From Amoebidium appalachense (taxonomy: Eukaryota; Protista; Ichthyosporea): DNA of 64,000 bases. Position numbers and translations under genes: made by a program. The stretch is from NCBI GenBank assembly GCA_963693365.1, contig CAVNZM010000002.1, positions 6,523,943 to 6,587,942 on the forward strand, given 5' to 3'. Every line of letters begins with the position of its first letter. Positions within the stretch are counted from its first letter, which is position 1. This document shows, piece after piece, positions 54,402 to 64,000 of the stretch. Below the pieces are notes generated by a model, which saw nothing but the letters and a program-made list of their open reading frames with translations, did no database searches and was not told where the DNA came from.

Positions 54402-55583
54402 TTATGTACACGTTGACTGTTCGTGCATGCTTCTCTGCTTAGAGAGAAGAGGGGAGGTTGCATGGGATCACTTAAGATTGTTGTTTCAGGTTGTAATCAT
54501 GAATATTTGCCTTTTTTTCCTAGTTGCCCCCTTCCCCCCCCCCCCCCCCCCCCCCCCCTTCTTCCAACAAAAAGTCACCCTTTCCACCCCTCCCAAACAC
54601 TCAGACACAGTGTCTGTTTTCATGCCCATGCCCACCTCCTGACGGAACGTTCTCGAACCCACCAGAACCTCAAACCGCACTATGAAGAAGCCGCAGAGGT
54701 TTTGGCGACCAAACACGACATTAACGACGTCATGGGAATGGTCGACTGCACAGAGAACAGAGACCTGTGCCAGAAATACGAAATTAAGGGATACCCTACC
54801 ATGCTTCTCTTTAAGGGGGGTGCAAAGGAGGAGAAATACGCCAACGCGCGCACCACGGACGCGCTCGTTAAGTACTTGTTAAAGCACACTGGAAAGGAGG
54901 CGGAGGAGCCTAAAAAGGAAGGTGGGGTGGTGGTGGTGGAAGAGGGGGTGTCTGTGTTGGGCGATGATTCGCTTGCCGGCTGGCTGGAGGGCAGAGACAA
55001 AGCCCTGGTGATGTTCTATGCCCCCTGGTGTGGCCACTGCAAGGTGTGTGCTCCCTTTTGCTCTCTTCTTTCCGCTTCTCCCCCTCAACTGCCCCCCCCC
55101 CCCCCCCCCCCCCTCCCCCCTTCCCCCCTTCCCCCCGCCTCCCCCGGCGCCTTCCTCCGCCTTTCCCCACCACCACCCCACCCCCCCATCCACCCTTTTC
55201 TTCCTGTTTGTGCTACAGTTCCCCTTCTTCCTTGCTTTTTTACTATGCAACCACGTGCTCCATGTGTTGACCCTGTTGTGAAGGGGTGCTTCTTTTGCAT
55301 ACCAGCCAATAAACCAGTCCCCCCCCCCCCCCCCCCCCCCGCCTGTCTCCCCCCTTCTGCCTCCTTTTTTACTTCATGCCTTATGACGTGGCTGTCACTG
55401 TATTGAAAATCTATTATGTCCCCAGGCCCCCCCCCCCCCCCCCCCCCCCCCCAACAACAACACCAACAACCACACCCACCCACCCACCCACCCAGTCCCT
55501 TCCCCCTTCCTCCCGTGGAACCGCACCAAACCTTTTGCGGCTGCTGGCGCGCCTGTCGTTTTGACCGTCACACACTTACACAA

Positions 55584-55621
<38 letters not shown>

Positions 55622-56067
55622 ACTTATCCACCCACCCATTCACTCACTCACACATACACACACAGAAACTTCACCCGACCTTCTCCGAGACAGCACTCCT
55701 CCTTGCCAAGGAACACAAGATGGAGAATGTTTTGGGCCACGTCGACTGCACGGTTAATGCAGACTCGTGCAACAAGTACAACATAAGGGGCTACCCCACT
55801 GTTCTTCTTTTTCGCAAGGGAGTGGAGCCACTAAAGTATCAAAACCCACGTACAGTGGCTGCAATCACTCAGTTTGTACTCAGTGATACCCCTGAAAGCG
55901 TCAAGCCTCCCCCCCACCCCCTGAGGCACCTAAGGAGTATGAGAAGGTGTGTGCCTAATTGTGTGTGCATGCTCTGTGTGTGCCTGTTCGTGTGTACATG
56001 TTCTGTGTGTGCATGTGTTCTGGGTGTGCATGCATGCATGTGACATGTGCGTGTTTGGTATGTGTGG

Positions 56068-56106
<39 letters not shown>

Positions 56107-57316
56107 CCGCAGCGTCATGTGTATATGCTGGGCCCGCTAGAGGGTGAAGGGGGGAAGGGGGGGGGGGGAGAGAGAGAGGGGGGAGGGTGGGGGGGGGGGG
56201 GGATGTGAGGGACGTTTTGGGGCTTTGGGCCTGGCCGATCGAGAGCATTGATTTGTTGACTCGAAGGTGAGTGCCAAGCACACTGCTATGTTTGCTGCCT
56301 TCTCGTTCATATAGCAACCTCCTCCCCCCCCCCCCCCCCCCCCACACACACACACCCCCCACCCACTCACCCACCCCATCCCCACCCCACCCCCTTTTTC
56401 CGGTCTGCTGTTTCTCAATCTTCTCTTTCTGTGGTTTTTTTTTTTTTTTTTCATATCACAATTTACGTTCATCTCTCTCTTTCTAACCCTCTGACCAACC
56501 CTTCAGGACACCAAGGTAGTGGTGCTGACGGCAAGCAATGCTGCCGATGTGCTTTCAGCCAATCCCCTCGTCATGATCAAGTTCTATGCCCCGTGGTGTG
56601 GTCACTGCAAGGTAATTATTCCCCCACCCCCACCCAACCCCTTCTCCGCGTTTTCGATTGGTTTCTTCTCCCTACTTCTCCATCTGTTTCCCTTTCTCTC
56701 CCCATTAATGCAGTACATTACCCCCCCCCCCCCCCCCCCCCCCCTCCCCTCCCCCCCCTCCTCCTTCCCACTCACCCCACCACCACTGCTACAGCCATCA
56801 AATAGTCCTTTGTCGCATTCTGCCCCCCCCCCCCCCCCCCCCCCCTCGGGACTTAATTCTTTTCAGCTGGTGTAGTATGTTAGCCAGGGAAGTATCGACT
56901 TAGGTATCGACGGGGGAGCTTCCTAGAAGCCCCGTCTCCTGAGTTCCTATCTATATTTTTCTTGCTTCTGCTTACTGCTGCAACTTTAACCCCCGGCCTT
57001 TCCCACTGCCCTTGCCTGCATAAGCAACCCTGCTCGTCTCTGATCAAGACGGGTGACCTACTCATGTTCAAGTGAAACAGTATCTGAGTTGGGTTTCGTT
57101 AACGAGGGGAATAGGTCGAAACTCGGGTACTGTGGATGACGTGGGCCCCCCCTGAGGATGGGCTCTGCTTATTATGCATACTCTTTATGTATGGCTTGCA
57201 TTCTGCATCGTGTTATCCGTTTGTTCTTGTGTACTTCGTACTTTTTGACGCATTCAAAACCCCCCCCCCCTCTTCCCCCAACCAAAAGGCAAAAGGCAAA
57301 AGGCAAAAGGCAAAAG

Positions 57317-57352
<36 letters not shown>

Positions 57353-57478
57353 CCTCAACAAAAAATGTGTCCTAGCATGTCTAGGTCTGTCGTGTTCTAG
57401 GTTGTGGCTCTGTACAGTACAGTCTAAGTCGCTAGACCACGATCACCAACAACTTCCAATCTCTGACCCCACCGCCCA

Positions 57479-57551
<73 letters not shown>

Positions 57552-57889
57552 CCATGGCGCCCGCCTACCATGACGCCTCGCGCCAACTTGCCGCCGACGG
57601 TTCTAAAGTTGTGCTTGCAACTGTAAACTGTGACGAACACCGTGCTCTGTGTCAGGAGAACGGAGTCACCGGATTCCCTACGCTTTTCCTGTTTACAAAT
57701 GGACAGAAGGGGGAGAAATATAGCGGTCAACGTACTGTCACGGCTATTAGTGAGTATGTGAGGAAAGCAGAGGCGGCATTAGTGCGGGAAGCGGAAAAGA
57801 AGGAGGAAGCGGAAGAAAAGAAGCAGGGAGAGGATAAGAGGGAGGAAGAAAAGAAGGAGGAGAAAGAGGTAAAGCACGAGGAATTGTAA
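52436..57889 (+). CDS. ER protein disulfide isomerase with four catalytic WCGHC thioredoxin domains (ERp46/TXNDC5-like architecture), C-terminal HEEL
   Basis: Exons 52436-52627, 53098-53222, 53688-53923, 54666-55043, 55666-55946, 56507-56611, 57551-57889. Signal peptide; FYAPWCGHCK at about 52610, 53906, 55026 and 56594, each domain with a GYPT/GFPT cis-Pro loop; ends VKHEEL*. Two 1-nt indels in C runs (53900-53904 and 55909-55920) must be corrected. Confidence 0.93.
57078..57270 (+). repeat. Dispersed repeat family B copy preceded by an imperfect hairpin
   Basis: cagtatctgagtt..aactcgggtactg inverted repeat, then gggccccccctgaggatgggctctgc (reverse complement of the motif at about 11000 and 11200), ending tgtgtacttcgtac..cattcaaaacccccc. 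Partial copy at 58414-58440. Confidence 0.75.
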
Positions 57890-58255
57890 GTGTGTGTAGG
57901 GTTCTAAGGGTTTGGATACTACTGAAATTTCATTGATAGACTGGTTTTATTGTGGTTCGTGAAGGATATACATGCAAAATTGCTGTCTATATGCAGGGAA
58001 CCGTGTGGCCTTGTGTGTGCACCTGATTATATTGTTGTAGTTTAGTGAGCCCATGTTGTCTGATTTGTATTCGATACATATTTGGTTCCACACAGGATAA
58101 TTCAATAAAAAATAGCAAATCACCCCTGACAGTGTTTCGGGGAGGTACACCTCAGTTAATGATGACCAAACAATTACTTGGGTATGTGGCTGCCATTGTG
58201 AACTCATGTGCGCCTTTCTTTCGCTATATGCCATTTGTACTTCTTGACGTATTTA

Positions 58256-58297
<42 letters not shown>

Positions 58298-59375
58298 ACA
58301 AAACACACACACACGCACGCACGCACACACACACACACACACACACACAAGTGTAGCAGTATATGAGATGGCCTTCACCGTTCTCGTTGCTGAGCTCTAG
58401 CTATAGGTGAACGAATCGAAACTCGGGTACTGCGGATCACAGTGACTCCATGGGATCGACCTTAATAAATATTATCCGGCTATTTGAAATTCCAGTGTGT
58501 GTTTTTTTGCGTGCTCAGTGCCATCGATCTGCCTGCAAAATATACGTATGTACATGTGGTGTTCGCTCGTGAGTGTGCCACACATCATTTCAGAATCTTC
58601 GAACTGTGCACATGTAACACATTCTGTCCCCTTCCCCCCCCCCCCCCCCCCCCCCCCAGTCTGGGGCCCGATAAGTGTACACACCCACCTACCCACACAC
58701 ATGCACCACTTGTACATGTCTACCTGGCTAAGAGTACATGGTGCTTGGGAAGGGTCTTGGAGGGCAACACGTGCTGGTCATGAACCAAACGCTTTATGCA
58801 TACGCGTATATCATAATATTTACAGCATTGCAATGAGACTTGCTCGTCAGTTATATTGACCATATAAAAGATACAATTATATATCTTATCAGTGACACGC
58901 ACACGCACAACAATACATATCATAAACACATGCTCACCAAGCATACGGCATGCATCTATTCCCAGGGCCACATACACATCCCATTTACTTCTCTACCCCA
59001 CTACAAAGTTCAAACACACCTAGGCGGCCACATTTTTCTTGTGCACAGCACAAACGACATATCATCCATTGCCCACTGACGTCAGAGTCATCAATGACGT
59101 CAAACTAAGAAATCGATCACCTGCACATGTCGCTACTAGTAGTAGTCTACAATCACTACATCACGTAGACCTTACCATCTTATCCCATGCACTGTGACAG
59201 CCAACCCGCACCCCGCATCAACTGTGCATCAACACAGTTGATGCGTCTGGAGCAGACCTGCTGCCCATATACACCCCTCATCCAGCCCTTTCCCCTACCC
59301 ATTAAAATTTTAATTGCTACGTATGATTGGTGCGGTGCATTCATATACATGTGGGGCCTGTACAGTCATTCGTGC

Positions 59376-64000
<4,625 letters not shown>

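Noticed and set aside
57078-57170. Hammerhead ribozyme (CTGAGGA and GAAAC..GTA motifs present)
   Set aside because: Stems I and II cannot be formed in any permutation; better explained as repeat family B.

Overview
Intron-rich eukaryotic genomic DNA. Almost all of the supplied ORF track is an artefact of poly-G/C runs and (CA)n/(CACG)n/(GGCA)n microsatellites. Splicing GT-AG exons by hand, with phase checks, recovers seven protein-coding genes: (1) the 3' part of a class-V PLP aminotransferase (AGT/SPT-like, +); (2) a syntenin-like tandem-PDZ protein (-); (3) a ~24-kb, ~34-exon type-I membrane protein of about 1,450 aa (-), with signal peptide, Ser/Thr mucin stalk, three modules of three bacterial-type beta-repeats (H-type-lectin-like by inference), four sushi/CCP domains, a TM helix and a tail; (4) a secreted, probably GPI-anchored Spherulin-4/GH135-like hydrolase (-); (5) a coiled-coil plus Mint/X11-type tandem-PDZ protein with no PTB domain (+); (6) an ER PDI with four WCGHC thioredoxin domains and an HEEL tail (+); (7) the HECT-coding 3' end of a NEDD4-family E3 ligase (-). 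The gene content suggests a unicellular holozoan such as an ichthyosporean (inference). There is also a SINE-like insertion with a perfect 16-bp TSD, a second dispersed repeat family and a possible piggyBac-like MITE. The most interesting item is the lectin-like/sushi receptor lying next to a GH135-like gene, which could be a GalNAc-polymer binding and remodelling surface module. Three single-base frameshifts in homopolymer runs point to long-read assembly errors. Family assignments come from motif recognition only; no database searches were run.
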